Counted from the stretch's first letter, positions 19,458 to 30,531 are shown. The stretch: 64,000 nucleotides of DNA from Desulfatiglandales bacterium (GCA_963666345.1 OY762721.1:3328001-3392000); one strand, 5' to 3'. Notes: generated by a model not told the origin, from the sequence alone. Numbers and translations: made by a program.

Positions 19458-19689
19458 ATAAATTTAAATGTCGGCTTTTTCCCCGATCTTCTTACCTTAA
19501 ACCGAAATCGATTTTTGCGATTTACATTTTTTTCGCTCAATGTGAAAGCACTTAATCTTTTTCTCAAAATTTTTTGGCTGTCTGTTAGTGATCCCTGTTC
19601 CATTTAAAGATACAAGATTCTCCAACACAGATCCTGTAGGCCGTTTTAATCGAGGACTTTTTTTTAACCTTAGCGTTAAGGAGGTTGCT

Positions 19690-21138
19690 ATGAGTGCAAA
19701 AAAATTGACGACATCGGCCGGGGCACCGGTTACAGACAACCAGAACTCGCTTACCGCCGGTCCGCGAGGGCCTCTTCTGGTGCAGGACTATCCGCTTATG
19801 GAAAAGCTCGCACACCAGAACCGGGAGCGGATACCTGAGCGTGTCGTGCATGCAAAGGGGTGGGGCGCGCACGGCATATTCACGGTCACCCACGACATTA
19901 CGAAGTACACAAAGGCCGCGGTATTCTCCGAGGTGGGAAAGAAGACCGAAATGATAGCCCGTTTTTCCACCGTGGCTGGCGAGCTTGGCGCGGCCGATGC
20001 CGAGCGGGACGTGCGAGGCTTTGCTCTAAAGTTCTATACGGAAGAGGGCAACTGGGACATGGTGGGAAACAACACGCCTGTATTTTTCGTAAGGGACCCT
20101 TACAAGTTTCCTGACTTTATCCATACCCAGAAGAGACATCCCAGGACCAATATGCGATCACCGAAGGCGATGTGGGATTTCTGGTCACTTTCACCCGAAT
20201 CGCTACACCAGGTAACGATCCTTTTCTCCGACCGGGGTCTTCCCGTCGGGGTTCGTAACATAAACGGGTACAGCAGTCACACATACAGCTTCATCAATGA
20301 CGAAAATGAACGTTTCTGGGTCAAGTTTCATTTCAAGACCATGCAGGGTCACAAACACTGGACTAATGCCGAGGCAGCCGAGGTAGTGGGAAGGACCAGG
20401 GAATCGACGCAGGAGGACCTGTATAACGCCATTGAAAGGGGGGATTTCCCCAAGTGGAGCTTCCAGATCCAGGTCATGCCTGAAAAAGATGCTGAAAAGA
20501 CCCCATATAACCCGTTTGATCTCACCAAGGTGTGGCCGCACGGGGATTACCCGATGATCGATGCCGGGATCATGGAATTGAACCGTAATCCGGATAACTA
20601 TTTTACGGAAGTGGAGCTTGCAGCCTTTTCACCCTCGAATATAGTTCCCGGCATAAGCTTTTCACCCGATAAGATGCTGCAGGCAAGGGTGTTTTCCTAT
20701 GCGGATGCGCACCGCTACAGGCTGGGGACCCATTACGAAGCCCTGCCGATAAATGCTCCCAGATGCCCGGTGAATCACTACCACAAGGACGGGAAGATGA
20801 GGTTCTCTCCCAACTTCCCCAACCCTGACGCATATTATGAGCCGAACTCATTTAGCGGACCAGTTGAGAGCCCTGAATTCAAGGAGCCGCCTCTCAAGAT
20901 AAGCGGTGATGCGGACCGATACAACCACAGAGAGGGAAATGACGACTACGGACAGCCCAGAGCCCTGTTCAATCTCTTTGACGAGGGGCAGAAGGCCCGG
21001 CTTTTCTCGAACATTGCCGAGGCCATGCAGGGAGTGCCGGAGGAGATCATCGAGCGCCAGCTCGGGCACTTTGAAAAGGTGCACCCTGATTACGGCGCAG
21101 GAGTTCGTGCGGCATTGGATGAGTTGGCAAAGAAGTAG
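19690..21138 (+). CDS. katA: Monofunctional small-subunit heme catalase
   Basis: [22 protein letters not shown] and [14 protein letters not shown] (proximal Tyr). ATG at 19690 after AAGGAGG. Confidence 0.95.
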   Translation: MSAKKLTTSAGAPVTDNQNSLTAGPRGPLLVQDYPLMEKLAHQNRERIPERVVHAKGWGAHGIFTVTHDITKYTKAAVFSEVGKKTEMIARFSTVAGELGAADAERDVRGFALKFYTEEGNWDMVGNNTPVFFVRDPYKFPDFIHTQKRHPRTNMRSPKAMWDFWSLSPESLHQVTILFSDRGLPVGVRNINGYSSHTYSFINDENERFWVKFHFKTMQGHKHWTNAEAAEVVGRTRESTQEDLYNAIERGDFPKWSFQIQVMPEKDAEKTPYNPFDLTKVWPHGDYPMIDAGIMELNRNPDNYFTEVELAAFSPSNIVPGISFSPDKMLQARVFSYADAHRYRLGTHYEALPINAPRCPVNHYHKDGKMRFSPNFPNPDAYYEPNSFSGPVESPEFKEPPLKISGDADRYNHREGNDDYGQPRALFNLFDEGQKARLFSNIAEAMQGVPEEIIERQLGHFEKVHPDYGAGVRAALDELAKK

Positions 21139-21200
21139 GAAAAAAGGCCTGCTGACAAGTGAGTCCCGGTTGTTACCCAAGTGATAATTGAAGTAAAACA

Positions 21201-21240
21201 AAGGCCGTTTCTTCTTAATGGGAAACGGCCTTATATTTTC
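21201..21240 (+). terminator. Probable intrinsic terminator after catalase
   Basis: 11-bp stem AAGGCCGTTTC/GAAACGGCCTT followed by a T-rich tract. Confidence 0.6.
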
Positions 21241-21579
21241 TCCAGGCCTATACCGATCAAGGCAAAGGAGAGGATTCTGCTATCGCCTTGTTCCCAGGAC
21301 CCGGGTATGATCCAAACCGATTACCCTGGCCGGGATTCCTGATCTTGGCCTTAAAGGGGCCGTTGTTTTTGTAAATGCACGGGCAAACGCATGGGGCTTT
21401 TACCTTCGTGCCCGGATCGCATCACACCAATGAATGTAGATGCAAGACCTATCCTGATATCAGACTGTGGCTGACCAGGGGGTAAATGCCTGCTTGACAA
21501 CAGGGTCAATGCCGGTTATCTGAATTATAGTTGCGGTTTTCCTGTTACTCTCAACGATCTATGGAGGTAGGTATCTGAT

Positions 21580-22668
21580 ATGGAAGAGGTAATTGAGCTG
21601 ACAAAGGACCTTGTTCGATTCAGGACCATGCACTCGAACCCTGATGAAATCGGAAGGTGCGCTGAGTTCATTCAGGATTACCTGGAAGGGCGTGGCATCA
21701 AATACCGGCGTATCGAGCACAATGGCGTCCCGTCCGTTTTGGCGCTTCCAAAGGAGGGTTATGCCCCGGTGCTTCTGATGTCACACATTGATGTGGTGGA
21801 CGCGGATAAGGATATGTTCACGCCCAGGCAGGAAGGGGGCGCCCTTTACGGCCGGGGGAGTCTCGACGACAAGTATGCCGCGGCCCTGTCCCTGGTGTTG
21901 CTCAAAAACTTTTTTGAGGACTTCAGGGAAAGGGGATTGGGCCAGCAGGACCTGCCCTTCGGAGTCCTTATCACAGGCGATGAGGAGGTCGGGGGTTACA
22001 ACGGCGCCAAATACTCCTTGAACCGGGTCGGCGCGGATTTCTGTATCGCCCTGGATGGTGGCTCTTTGAGCAAGATAGTGGTCAAGGAAAAAGGGCTTAT
22101 TAAACTGAAATTGATCTCCAGAGGCATGACCGCCCATGGGGCCAGGCCCTGGCTGGGTGAAAACGCGATCGAGAAACTGATTGACGATTACCGGAAAATA
22201 AGCTCCTTTTTTGAGGAGTCAGCCCCGGATCACTGGCACCGGACCCTTAATTTCAGTATCGTGCATGCGGGAAAATCTGTCAATCAGGTCCCTGATTACG
22301 CAGAGGCATTCTTTGACATCCGTTACACGGAAAATGACGACATGGATGCCCTTGTCGGGGAAATCCAGAGTCGGATCAAGGGTGAACTCGTGGTAGAGAC
22401 GAAAGAACCCCTTTTTACAGGTGGCGAATCCCCTTATCTGGATCTGCTTTTAAAGATTTCCGGGGATACCGAGGTGGGGTTCGAACATGGGGCAAGTGAT
22501 GCCCGCTTCCTTTCAGACCACGGCATAAGGGGTATCGTGTGGGGAGCCGATGGGGATGTGAGTCAGCACTCTGAAAACGAGCACGTGAACCTGGATAGTG
22601 TTGCCGGCCTGTATGAGCGCCTTGAAGGTTTCATGAAGGCGGTTTACGAAAAGGAGATGACAGCCTAG
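21580..22668 (+). CDS. M20 family metallopeptidase (ArgE/DapE-like)
   Basis: SHIDVV, LYGRGSLDDK, GDEEVGG, AHGARPWLGENAI and H..NE motifs. Confidence 0.92.
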   Translation: MEEVIELTKDLVRFRTMHSNPDEIGRCAEFIQDYLEGRGIKYRRIEHNGVPSVLALPKEGYAPVLLMSHIDVVDADKDMFTPRQEGGALYGRGSLDDKYAAALSLVLLKNFFEDFRERGLGQQDLPFGVLITGDEEVGGYNGAKYSLNRVGADFCIALDGGSLSKIVVKEKGLIKLKLISRGMTAHGARPWLGENAIEKLIDDYRKISSFFEESAPDHWHRTLNFSIVHAGKSVNQVPDYAEAFFDIRYTENDDMDALVGEIQSRIKGELVVETKEPLFTGGESPYLDLLLKISGDTEVGFEHGASDARFLSDHGIRGIVWGADGDVSQHSENEHVNLDSVAGLYERLEGFMKAVYEKEMTA

Positions 22669-23070
22669 TATTTTTCGGCCCGGTGCCCGGATGAGGCGAT
22701 GCCGTCATTCGAACCGGCAAAGGCATTATCCGGAAACCGTTTGAAACAGGTTTTTCCCGATTCAGATTGGAGAAAAGGGTCCAAGGGCTCACCCCTTTTC
22801 ACTCAATCAGGATATCCTTATCCGGCCCTTTTTGAGATTAACTGATCGGGAGGTGATCTCCAAAATATAATTGACATTGAGTAACCTTGCTGTTAGTTAA
22901 AAAAGCAAAACAATAGATGTCTCTGTTCGATATGGCGATGTTGCGGATTCCATCCACTTAATATCTAAACTTGAAGCCGACAGAATGGGTTTCAGGTCGT
23001 TTCTTTAAAAAAATTACAGCCCTAACTGAAAATTCACCTGAAGTTTACGTGGACAATCCGGATTGCCGCA

Positions 23071-24066
23071 ATGAGCAAAAGCTCAAATCTTCTCCAGGTC
23101 GAAGGATTGAAGACCTATTTCCATACCTTTGAGGGCACAGCCAGGGCCGTCGATGATGTCTCCTTTTATCTCAATAAAGGAGAGGTCCTCGGTATAGTGG
23201 GAGAGTCCGGCTGCGGCAAAAGCGTTACAGCCCAGTCCATCATGCGTCTTATCCCTGTGCCGCCCGGTCGAATCGTTCACGGCAAAATCCTGTTTGATGA
23301 CATTGATGTAGTGGGCCTGAACATGGAGGCGATGCGAAGAATTCGCGGCAATCGTATCTCCATGATCTTCCAGGAGCCCATGACCTCCCTCAACCCGGTC
23401 TATACCATCGGTAACCAGATCTCGGAAATGTTTGTGCTTCATGAGAACAGTTCCAGGTCGGAGGCCTGGGAACGCTCGGTCGAGATGCTCAAGAGGGTAC
23501 AGATTCCCGCACCTGAGAAAAGGGTGCATGAGTACCCCCATCAGCTGTCAGGGGGGATGAGGCAGAGGGCCATGATCGCCATGGCCCTGTCGTGTAATCC
23601 TGAAATTCTCATAGCGGACGAGCCCACCACCGCACTGGATGTGACGATTCAGGCCCAGATCCTTGACCTGATGATGAAACTCAGACAGGACTATGAAACC
23701 GCCGTTATGATGATTACCCACGATCTGGGCGTGATTGCGGAGATCGCCGAGCGCATAGTGGTCATGTATGCAGGTAAGGTGGTTGAGGAGGGAAGGACCG
23801 ATGTGATCTTCGAGCAGCCTGATCACCCGTATACCAGGGGGCTCCTCCGTTCCATTCCCAAACTGGGGGAAAGGGCGCTGCATGGGCGGGAGCGGCTCAA
23901 AGAGATCTCAGGAGTCGTCCCCAGCCTATATGAACTGAGTCCCGGGTGCAGCTTTTCCCCCAGGTGCCCCGATGTCATGGACATATGCAGAAAGAGGTTG
24001 CCTGAGATCAGGGACATGGGGGAGGGACACCGTGTGCGCTGCTGGCTCTATGAGAATGGGAAGTGA
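23071..24066 (+). CDS. Peptide ABC transporter ATP-binding subunit (DppD/OppD)
   Basis: GESGCGKS, LSGGMRQR, ADEPTTALD, HPYT and C-terminal CxFxPRC motif. Confidence 0.95.
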   Translation: MSKSSNLLQVEGLKTYFHTFEGTARAVDDVSFYLNKGEVLGIVGESGCGKSVTAQSIMRLIPVPPGRIVHGKILFDDIDVVGLNMEAMRRIRGNRISMIFQEPMTSLNPVYTIGNQISEMFVLHENSSRSEAWERSVEMLKRVQIPAPEKRVHEYPHQLSGGMRQRAMIAMALSCNPEILIADEPTTALDVTIQAQILDLMMKLRQDYETAVMMITHDLGVIAEIAERIVVMYAGKVVEEGRTDVIFEQPDHPYTRGLLRSIPKLGERALHGRERLKEISGVVPSLYELSPGCSFSPRCPDVMDICRKRLPEIRDMGEGHRVRCWLYENGK

Positions 24067-24180
24067 TGAAAAAGCCTGTTCCCGGCGTTCATTTATATAG
24101 AGGATTTATAAACGTGGCCGAGGAATCCCGGGGCCTTCCAATCTGAGGGAATTTGATAACCCAATCTTTTTCATGGCGGA

Positions 24181-25155
24181 TTGAGGATTTTGGAAGATCT
24201 TCTCACAGTTAAAGACTTGAGAGTCCATTTCCCGATCAAAAAGGGCCTTCTGGGGAAGACCGTGGATTACGTCTATGCGGTGGACGGCGTATCCTTTGAC
24301 CTGGCAAAAGGTGAAACCATCGGCCTGGTCGGGGAGAGCGGATGCGGCAAGACCACTACCGGGCTTGCGGTGCTTCGGCTGATCGAGCCTACGGCCGGCA
24401 GGGTGACCTTTCAGGGAAGGGATATGTCTGGTTCGAGCAAGGCCGAGCTGAGGGCCATGAAAAGGCAGATGCAGATCATCTTTCAGGACCCCTACTCATC
24501 CCTGAATCCCCGCATGACGGTGAATCATATCCTGAACGACCCGATGGAGATTCATCATGTGTATCCAGGCAGGCAGAGAAAGGACCGAATCGCCTATCTG
24601 CTGGAGAAAGTGGGGCTTTCCCCGGAGCAGGCCCGCCGGTACCCGCATGAGTTTTCAGGCGGTCAGCGCCAGAGGATCGGGATCGCCCGGGCCCTGGCCC
24701 TTAATCCCAGCCTGATTATAGGAGACGAACCGGTATCAGCACTGGACGTCTCGATTCAGGCACAGATCATCAATCTTCTCATCGATCTGCAGACCGAGTT
24801 CGACCTGTCCTACATCATCATCGCGCATGATCTTGCCGTTGTTGAACATATCTGTGACCGGATCGCGGTCATGTACCTCGGGAAAATAGTGGAACTTGCC
24901 ACCTACAGGGATCTCTATTCGAACCCGAGACATCCCTACACCGAGGCGCTTCTTTCAGCCATCCCGGCGCCTGACCCGAAAAAGAAAAAGGACAGGATCA
25001 TCCTTAAGGGGGATGTCCCAAGCCCCATCAATCCCCCTGCCGGGTGCCATTTTCATCCCCGCTGCCCGAGGAGGATGGATATCTGCGATAAAGAACCCCC
25101 CGGGCTGAAGGAGGTTTCAAACGGTCATTTTGTCAATTGCTTTTTGTATGAATGA
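24181..25155 (+). CDS. Peptide ABC transporter ATP-binding subunit (DppF/OppF)
   Basis: [28 protein letters not shown] and [10 protein letters not shown] motifs; start codon uncertain. Confidence 0.95.
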   Translation: MRILEDLLTVKDLRVHFPIKKGLLGKTVDYVYAVDGVSFDLAKGETIGLVGESGCGKTTTGLAVLRLIEPTAGRVTFQGRDMSGSSKAELRAMKRQMQIIFQDPYSSLNPRMTVNHILNDPMEIHHVYPGRQRKDRIAYLLEKVGLSPEQARRYPHEFSGGQRQRIGIARALALNPSLIIGDEPVSALDVSIQAQIINLLIDLQTEFDLSYIIIAHDLAVVEHICDRIAVMYLGKIVELATYRDLYSNPRHPYTEALLSAIPAPDPKKKKDRIILKGDVPSPINPPAGCHFHPRCPRRMDICDKEPPGLKEVSNGHFVNCFLYE

Positions 25156-25234
25156 ATTCCAGATCTTTTTATCTGAGGAACGGTCTTTGTTGTTAACACT
25201 TTTTCTGAACCGGTGAAAAGGAAAGGGGGTAATT

Positions 25235-26767
25235 ATGAGAAAGTCAATCTTTATCTTTTTGAGTTTTCTGCTTATTGGGGCAATGGTTGCGACAGGGTCG
25301 GCCCTTGCGGCCTCCTCCATCGTTGTAGCGCAGGACACGCCTCCCAGGATGATGAATCCTCACGGAGACGATTCCGACGCTGGTCTGCAGTATATGGCAA
25401 ATTTTTTCGACGGGCTCCTCCAGAGGACGGGTCCCGGGGGAAAGCTGGGACCGGCGCTTGCGACCAGGTGGGAGCATCCCGATCTTCTGACATGGAAGTT
25501 TTACCTCAGAAAGGGTGTCAAGTTTCATAACGGAAACCCTTTTACCGCAGCCGATGTGAAGTTCTCCTTTGAAAGGCTGAGCAATCCCGAGGTCTCCGAG
25601 TTCCTGAACACGGGGAAATCAATCGAATCGATCAATATCATCGACGACTATACCGTGGAGATAAAGACCAAGAAGCCGATCCCATGGTTTGCGAACAACA
25701 TGCACCAGGTCTTTATCATGGACAAGGAGTCAACCGAGGCGAGAGACCAGGGAGATGTGATGGTCAAGCCTGTCGGGACAGGCGCCTATAAGCTGGAGGA
25801 ATGGGTCAAGGGCTCCTATGTCCGCATGTCTGCAAATGAGGAATACTGGGAGGGCGCGCCTTCTCTGAAGAAGGTGGAAGTACGTCCCATAAAGGAATCA
25901 TCGACCCGATTCGCGGCGCTTGTGTCCGGACAGGTGGGGATTGTCACAGGTATCCCGGTGGAACTCTTTGACAAGGTGAAAAAGAACCCCAAGCTTGAAA
26001 TAATAAGCCGCGCAGCAAGAAGATCCATCTTCCTGGCCCTAGGCAATAAGCCAGGTTCTCCCATGGCGGACATTCGGGTGAGAAAGGCCATGTACATGGC
26101 CATCAATGAAGATGAAATAATCGAAAAGATCATGCGGGGGCACGCAACACCTGCGGCACAGATCCCGGATCCCCCGACGATAGGTTACAACGGGGATATA
26201 AAAAGGCTGAAATATGATCCTGAAGAGGCCAAAAAACTCCTCAAGGAGGCTGGCTATGAAAAAGGCTTTGAGGTAACCCTTTCAGGTCCCAACGACCGTT
26301 ATGTCCAGGATGCCAAGATCGCCGAGGCCGTGGCCCGCTACTTGGCCAAGGTGGGCATAAAGGCCAAGCTGGATGTGAAACCCAAATCAATCTTTTTCCC
26401 TGACGTGGCCGAGGGAAAACTGGAGTTTTATCTGATAGGCTGGTTCGACGGCACATTCGACATGGGAAGGACCTATTTCAAGCTCGCCCACAGCCGGGAT
26501 CGGGACAAGGGTTACGGCGGTCTGAACGGCGCGGCCTACGGCGATCCCGCTATAGACAAACTGCTGGAATCAACCGCCGACATCGTTGATCCTCCGAAGA
26601 GAAAAGAGACCCTTGAAAAGCTGAATGCCATGGCCATGACAGACAAGATAATCTGGATCCCGCTTCACTATCAGGAAGACCTTTATGCCGTCAATAAGGG
26701 CAGGGGCATTACATTCAACCCTCGTCCCGACCGCTGGATGGTATACAAGGAAATTTCGAAAAAATAA
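25235..26767 (+). CDS. Peptide/nickel ABC transporter substrate-binding protein (family 5)
   Basis: Signal peptide; F.LRKGVKFHNG.PFTAADVKFS and PVGTGAYK motifs. Confidence 0.93.
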   Translation: MRKSIFIFLSFLLIGAMVATGSALAASSIVVAQDTPPRMMNPHGDDSDAGLQYMANFFDGLLQRTGPGGKLGPALATRWEHPDLLTWKFYLRKGVKFHNGNPFTAADVKFSFERLSNPEVSEFLNTGKSIESINIIDDYTVEIKTKKPIPWFANNMHQVFIMDKESTEARDQGDVMVKPVGTGAYKLEEWVKGSYVRMSANEEYWEGAPSLKKVEVRPIKESSTRFAALVSGQVGIVTGIPVELFDKVKKNPKLEIISRAARRSIFLALGNKPGSPMADIRVRKAMYMAINEDEIIEKIMRGHATPAAQIPDPPTIGYNGDIKRLKYDPEEAKKLLKEAGYEKGFEVTLSGPNDRYVQDAKIAEAVARYLAKVGIKAKLDVKPKSIFFPDVAEGKLEFYLIGWFDGTFDMGRTYFKLAHSRDRDKGYGGLNGAAYGDPAIDKLLESTADIVDPPKRKETLEKLNAMAMTDKIIWIPLHYQEDLYAVNKGRGITFNPRPDRWMVYKEISKK

Positions 26768-26848
26768 AACTGACAGGCGCCGGGGCAGGTTCACAGCTGG
26801 CCCGGCGCCGCTACTTAAGGGTCCTTTTGTGACCCTTGTTGAGATTAT

Positions 26849-27814
26849 ATGGCCGCATACATTGCAAGAAGAATGATCCAGGGCCTGATAGTCCTACTGG
26901 CCGTTTCCATGATCTGTTTTGTTATCTTCCGGTACATGGGGGACCCGGTCGTCACCATGGCGGGCAGATACGCGACCTTTGACGAGAGGGAAGAGGTCCG
27001 GCATATGCTGGGACTGGATCAGCCCATATATGTTCAGTACTGGCGGTTCATCTCTAATGCGGCCCATGGTAACTTCGGCAAATCCTATGTGAGCCGGGTC
27101 CCGGCCCTGGGACTCATACTGGAAAGATTTCCCGCAACCTTCGAGCTTGCATGCACGGCCGTTATCATGGCCTTTGCCATAGGGGTGGTCCTGGGCGTGG
27201 TGGTCGCCTTAAAACCGTATGCCATGAGAAACCGTCTGATCATGACTGCGTCTTTAGGGGGTATCTCCATCCCGACGTTTCTCATGGGGATACTTCTGAT
27301 CATGGTCTTTTCCGTATACCTGGGCATGCTTCCTCCCTTCGGCCGGGGTGATACGGTGCAGGTGGGCGCGTGGAGAACGGGGTTTCTCACCCTGAGCGGC
27401 ATCAAACACCTTATACTTCCCGCCGCGACCCTTGCCATGTATCAGCTCGCAGTGCTTCTCAGGCTTACCAGGGCGGGCATGCGGGAGGTGCTGACCGAGG
27501 AATACATCAAGACGGCATGGGCCAAGGGTCTTTCCCCCATGAAGGTGATCTTCAAGCATGCCCTGAGAAATGTCCTGATCCCGGTAGTGACGATTACCGG
27601 TCTCCAGTTCGGGGAGGTCATCGCCTTTTCCATAGTAACCGAGACCATTTTCCAGTGGCCTGGCATGGGCAACCTCCTGCTCACGTCCATGTATGAGTCG
27701 GACCGGCCGGTGGTGGTTACCTATATCATGATGGTCGCGGTGATCATTATTACTCTTAACATCGTTGTGGACATACTTTACGCATTGATAAATCCGAAGA
27801 TCCGCTATGAATAA
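26849..27814 (+). CDS. Peptide ABC transporter permease (DppB/OppB)
   Basis: GLDQP..VQY, YIKTAWAKGL..HALRN and ETIFQWPGMG motifs. Confidence 0.95.
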   Translation: MAAYIARRMIQGLIVLLAVSMICFVIFRYMGDPVVTMAGRYATFDEREEVRHMLGLDQPIYVQYWRFISNAAHGNFGKSYVSRVPALGLILERFPATFELACTAVIMAFAIGVVLGVVVALKPYAMRNRLIMTASLGGISIPTFLMGILLIMVFSVYLGMLPPFGRGDTVQVGAWRTGFLTLSGIKHLILPAATLAMYQLAVLLRLTRAGMREVLTEEYIKTAWAKGLSPMKVIFKHALRNVLIPVVTITGLQFGEVIAFSIVTETIFQWPGMGNLLLTSMYESDRPVVVTYIMMVAVIIITLNIVVDILYALINPKIRYE

Positions 27815-28694
27815 TCACCTGATAAAATCGAGGATGCTGTACAGCTATCTGCATGATCCATCCGCCATTATAGGCAGCCTTATCCTGGTGGTGTTCATCA
27901 CGGCCGCGATTCTGGCACCCTGGATCACCTCACATGACCCGTATGACCTGGAAAAAGTGTCTCTCGAGCATTTTCTGACCCCTCCGGTCTGGATGGAAGA
28001 AGGGATGGCGCAGTTTCCCCTGGGGACCGATGATCAGGGCCGCGGGATACTGAGCACCATAGTCTACGGGTGCAGGACATCCCTCATCGTGGGGTTCGGG
28101 GTGGTGCTCATCGCCGGCACATTCGGGATCTTCATGGGTCTGCTCGCAGGGTATTACGGGGGCTGGCTCGATTCCGTTACCATGCGGCTTGCCGACACCT
28201 TTTTTTCCTTTTCCACTACCCTGATGGCCTTTCTTCTCCTGGGCGTGTTTGGTCCCAAGGGAATCATGATAGTAATTATCGCCATTTGCATGGCGGACTG
28301 GGTTCGCTATGCCAGGACCATGCGAGGTAGCGTCCTTGAGGTCAAGGAAGAGGCATATGTCATGGCGGCCAGGGCAACCGGGGCAAAAGATCTGCGGATA
28401 CTACTGAGGCATATCCTGCCGAACGCCATTGCGCCCATCTTCGTGGTTATGGCGGTGGATCTGGCCGTGGTTATAATGCTTGAGGCAACGCTCAGTTTTC
28501 TGGGCGTGGGCGTGCCTCTTACAAAACCGTCTCTCGGCATGATGATAGCAATCGGCAAGAACTATATCTATGCGGGAATGTGGTGGATGATAGTCTTTCC
28601 CGGGGCCGCCCTCATTTTTCTGGTAGTGGGGATCAATCTCTTTGCCGACTGGCTGAGGGAGGAACTTAATCCCAAGATAGAACGCAAGGCCTGA
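27807..28694 (+). CDS. Peptide ABC transporter permease (DppC/OppC)
   Basis: LGTDDQGR, YVMAARATGA..RHILPN and EATLSFLGVG motifs. Confidence 0.95.
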   Translation: MNNHLIKSRMLYSYLHDPSAIIGSLILVVFITAAILAPWITSHDPYDLEKVSLEHFLTPPVWMEEGMAQFPLGTDDQGRGILSTIVYGCRTSLIVGFGVVLIAGTFGIFMGLLAGYYGGWLDSVTMRLADTFFSFSTTLMAFLLLGVFGPKGIMIVIIAICMADWVRYARTMRGSVLEVKEEAYVMAARATGAKDLRILLRHILPNAIAPIFVVMAVDLAVVIMLEATLSFLGVGVPLTKPSLGMMIAIGKNYIYAGMWWMIVFPGAALIFLVVGINLFADWLREELNPKIERKA

Positions 28695-28787
28695 AAGTGC
28701 CTAAAGTTTTGGCGCCGTTCCTGTGTATTTAGAAACGGCCCAATCCCTAAGACAGCCGATTGGATCTGATAGAAGGAAATAACCCTG

Positions 28788-30014
28788 ATGGATGATACCT
28801 TTATCTTTAAAAACGCCTTTATGATAGACGGAACCGGCGCAGACCCGGTACCGAATGCGGCCCTTGTCGTATCAGGCGGGACCATAAGGGAGATCCATCG
28901 GGCGGGGGAGAGAGGAAGTCTCCCTTCAGGAAGGGTCATTGACCTGAAGGGTCGGACGCTCATGCCGGGGTTGATTGATGCCCATGTCCATCCGGGCAAT
29001 GTGGAGTGGCGCCTTCCCGAGACGGTCCTGCTTCCCCCAGCCGTCTATGTCCATCGAGTCACAAGGACACTCAAGGCCGATCTCGCTTTAGGTTTTACCA
29101 CTCTCAGGGATGCGGCAGGCCTGGACCGCGGCTTCAGGGACGCAATCGATCAGGGGCTTATTGCGGGGCCTGATCTTCTTTTGAGCGTAACGCCCATATC
29201 TGAGGCAAAAGGAGTTGGAAAAGGGCCAAGTCCCAGAAACAGCATCGGTATCGGTAATGAGGTATGTGAAGGCCCCGACGAGGTGAAAGCGGCTGTTCGC
29301 AGGACCCTTAAACGGGGGGCGGATCATATCAAGGTCTTTGCGGACGGAGAGGTGGTATCCCAGTCGAAAACAGACAGGGCAAGGCCGGGTGAGCCAAAAT
29401 TTTCAGTTGAAGAACTTAAGGCGGCGGTAACCGAGGCGGAAGCCGCGGGCGCCTATGTCATGGCCCATACCTACGGCCCAAGGGCCATTCAAAACTGCCT
29501 TGAGGCGGGGGTTCGAAGCATCGAGCATGGCAATCTTATGGATTCTGAGACAGCCGAGATGATGCGGGCTAAGGGGGCCTTCTATGTCCCCACCCTGACC
29601 GTCTTTGACCTGGCTGTAAGGGAAGGCAGGGAAAATCTCGATTCATTCACCCTGGAGAAACTCGCAACAGTGGGGCACAGGGGGCTTGAGGCACTGGAAC
29701 TGGCTTACAGGGCGGGTGTGAAAATCGCGTCAGGCTCAGACATCATAGGACCCCTGCAACATCTTAAAGGAAGGGAACCGGCAATAAAGGGGGAAGTAAT
29801 GACCCCCATGGAGGTGATCGTTTCCGCCACCAGGACCAATTCTGAACTCATGGGCCTGTCCGATGTCACTGGGACCCTCGAGCCTGGAAAACTGGCCGAT
29901 CTGATCGTTATTGACGGAGATCCCCTCAGGGATCTTTCCCTTTTTGAGAAGGGCCTTGAAAAGGTCCTTCTTGTTATGAAAAAAGGACGGATCGAAAAAC
30001 AGATCCCGTTTTAG
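28788..30014 (+). CDS. Metal-dependent amidohydrolase (Xaa-Pro dipeptidase/imidazolonepropionase-like)
   Basis: MPGLIDAHVH, GADHIK, AHTYG, SIEHG, GSD and GTLEPGKLADL motifs. Confidence 0.9.
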   Translation: MDDTFIFKNAFMIDGTGADPVPNAALVVSGGTIREIHRAGERGSLPSGRVIDLKGRTLMPGLIDAHVHPGNVEWRLPETVLLPPAVYVHRVTRTLKADLALGFTTLRDAAGLDRGFRDAIDQGLIAGPDLLLSVTPISEAKGVGKGPSPRNSIGIGNEVCEGPDEVKAAVRRTLKRGADHIKVFADGEVVSQSKTDRARPGEPKFSVEELKAAVTEAEAAGAYVMAHTYGPRAIQNCLEAGVRSIEHGNLMDSETAEMMRAKGAFYVPTLTVFDLAVREGRENLDSFTLEKLATVGHRGLEALELAYRAGVKIASGSDIIGPLQHLKGREPAIKGEVMTPMEVIVSATRTNSELMGLSDVTGTLEPGKLADLIVIDGDPLRDLSLFEKGLEKVLLVMKKGRIEKQIPF

Positions 30015-30063
30015 ATCGCCATGGGCAGGGGCGCATTTTCCGCGCGTTTTTGTCCGGCCGCGA

Positions 30064-30531
30064 TCAGGCTGAATCCTCCTGATGCCTGCGACGGATCGAC
30101 TGGATCATCTCATCCAGCTGTTGAAGAAAACGTGACCGGTCACGCTTTTTTAACGGCGGGGGGCCGCCCGTTATCTCCCCCGCATCACGAAGCCCTGACA
30201 ACAGTTCCCTAGTCGCCAGGGCCTGACCGATGTTGTCTTCTGTGAACGGTTTTCCGGTTGTACCGATTACACCCGCGCCTTTTTCAAGGCATCGGCCCGC
30301 AAGCGGGATATCGGCTGTAACGACTATGTCGTGAGGTTGCACATGTTCGACAATCCAGTCATCGGCTTCGTCCGGCCCGGCCCCCACGACTTCAAGCGCG
30401 ATCCCCCTTTGATCAGGAATCCGCATCCATGAGTTGGCCACCAGTGTTACATCGAGGCGGCACCTGCCCGCCACCCGGTACACCTCCTGTTTGACCGGGC
30501 ACGCGTCCGCATCAATAAAGATATGAAGCAA
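30064..30531 (-). CDS. YaiI/YqxD (DUF188, PIN-like) family protein
   Basis: IFIDADACPVK and DIVVTADIPLA motifs. Confidence 0.92.
   Translation of the reverse strand: MLHIFIDADACPVKQEVYRVAGRCRLDVTLVANSWMRIPDQRGIALEVVGAGPDEADDWIVEHVQPHDIVVTADIPLAGRCLEKGAGVIGTTGKPFTEDNIGQALATRELLSGLRDAGEITGGPPPLKKRDRSRFLQQLDEMIQSIRRRHQEDSA

Noticed and set aside
19337..19739. Small ORFs around the right end of element copy 1, and the 52860-53138 ORF in copy 2
   Set aside because: They are by-products of the element's repeats and pseudogene tail.
18870..21266. ATCAAGGCAAAG repeated on both sides of the element-catalase block
   Set aside because: A single 12-bp match is expected by chance in 64 kb, and no integrase or other boundary signal is present.
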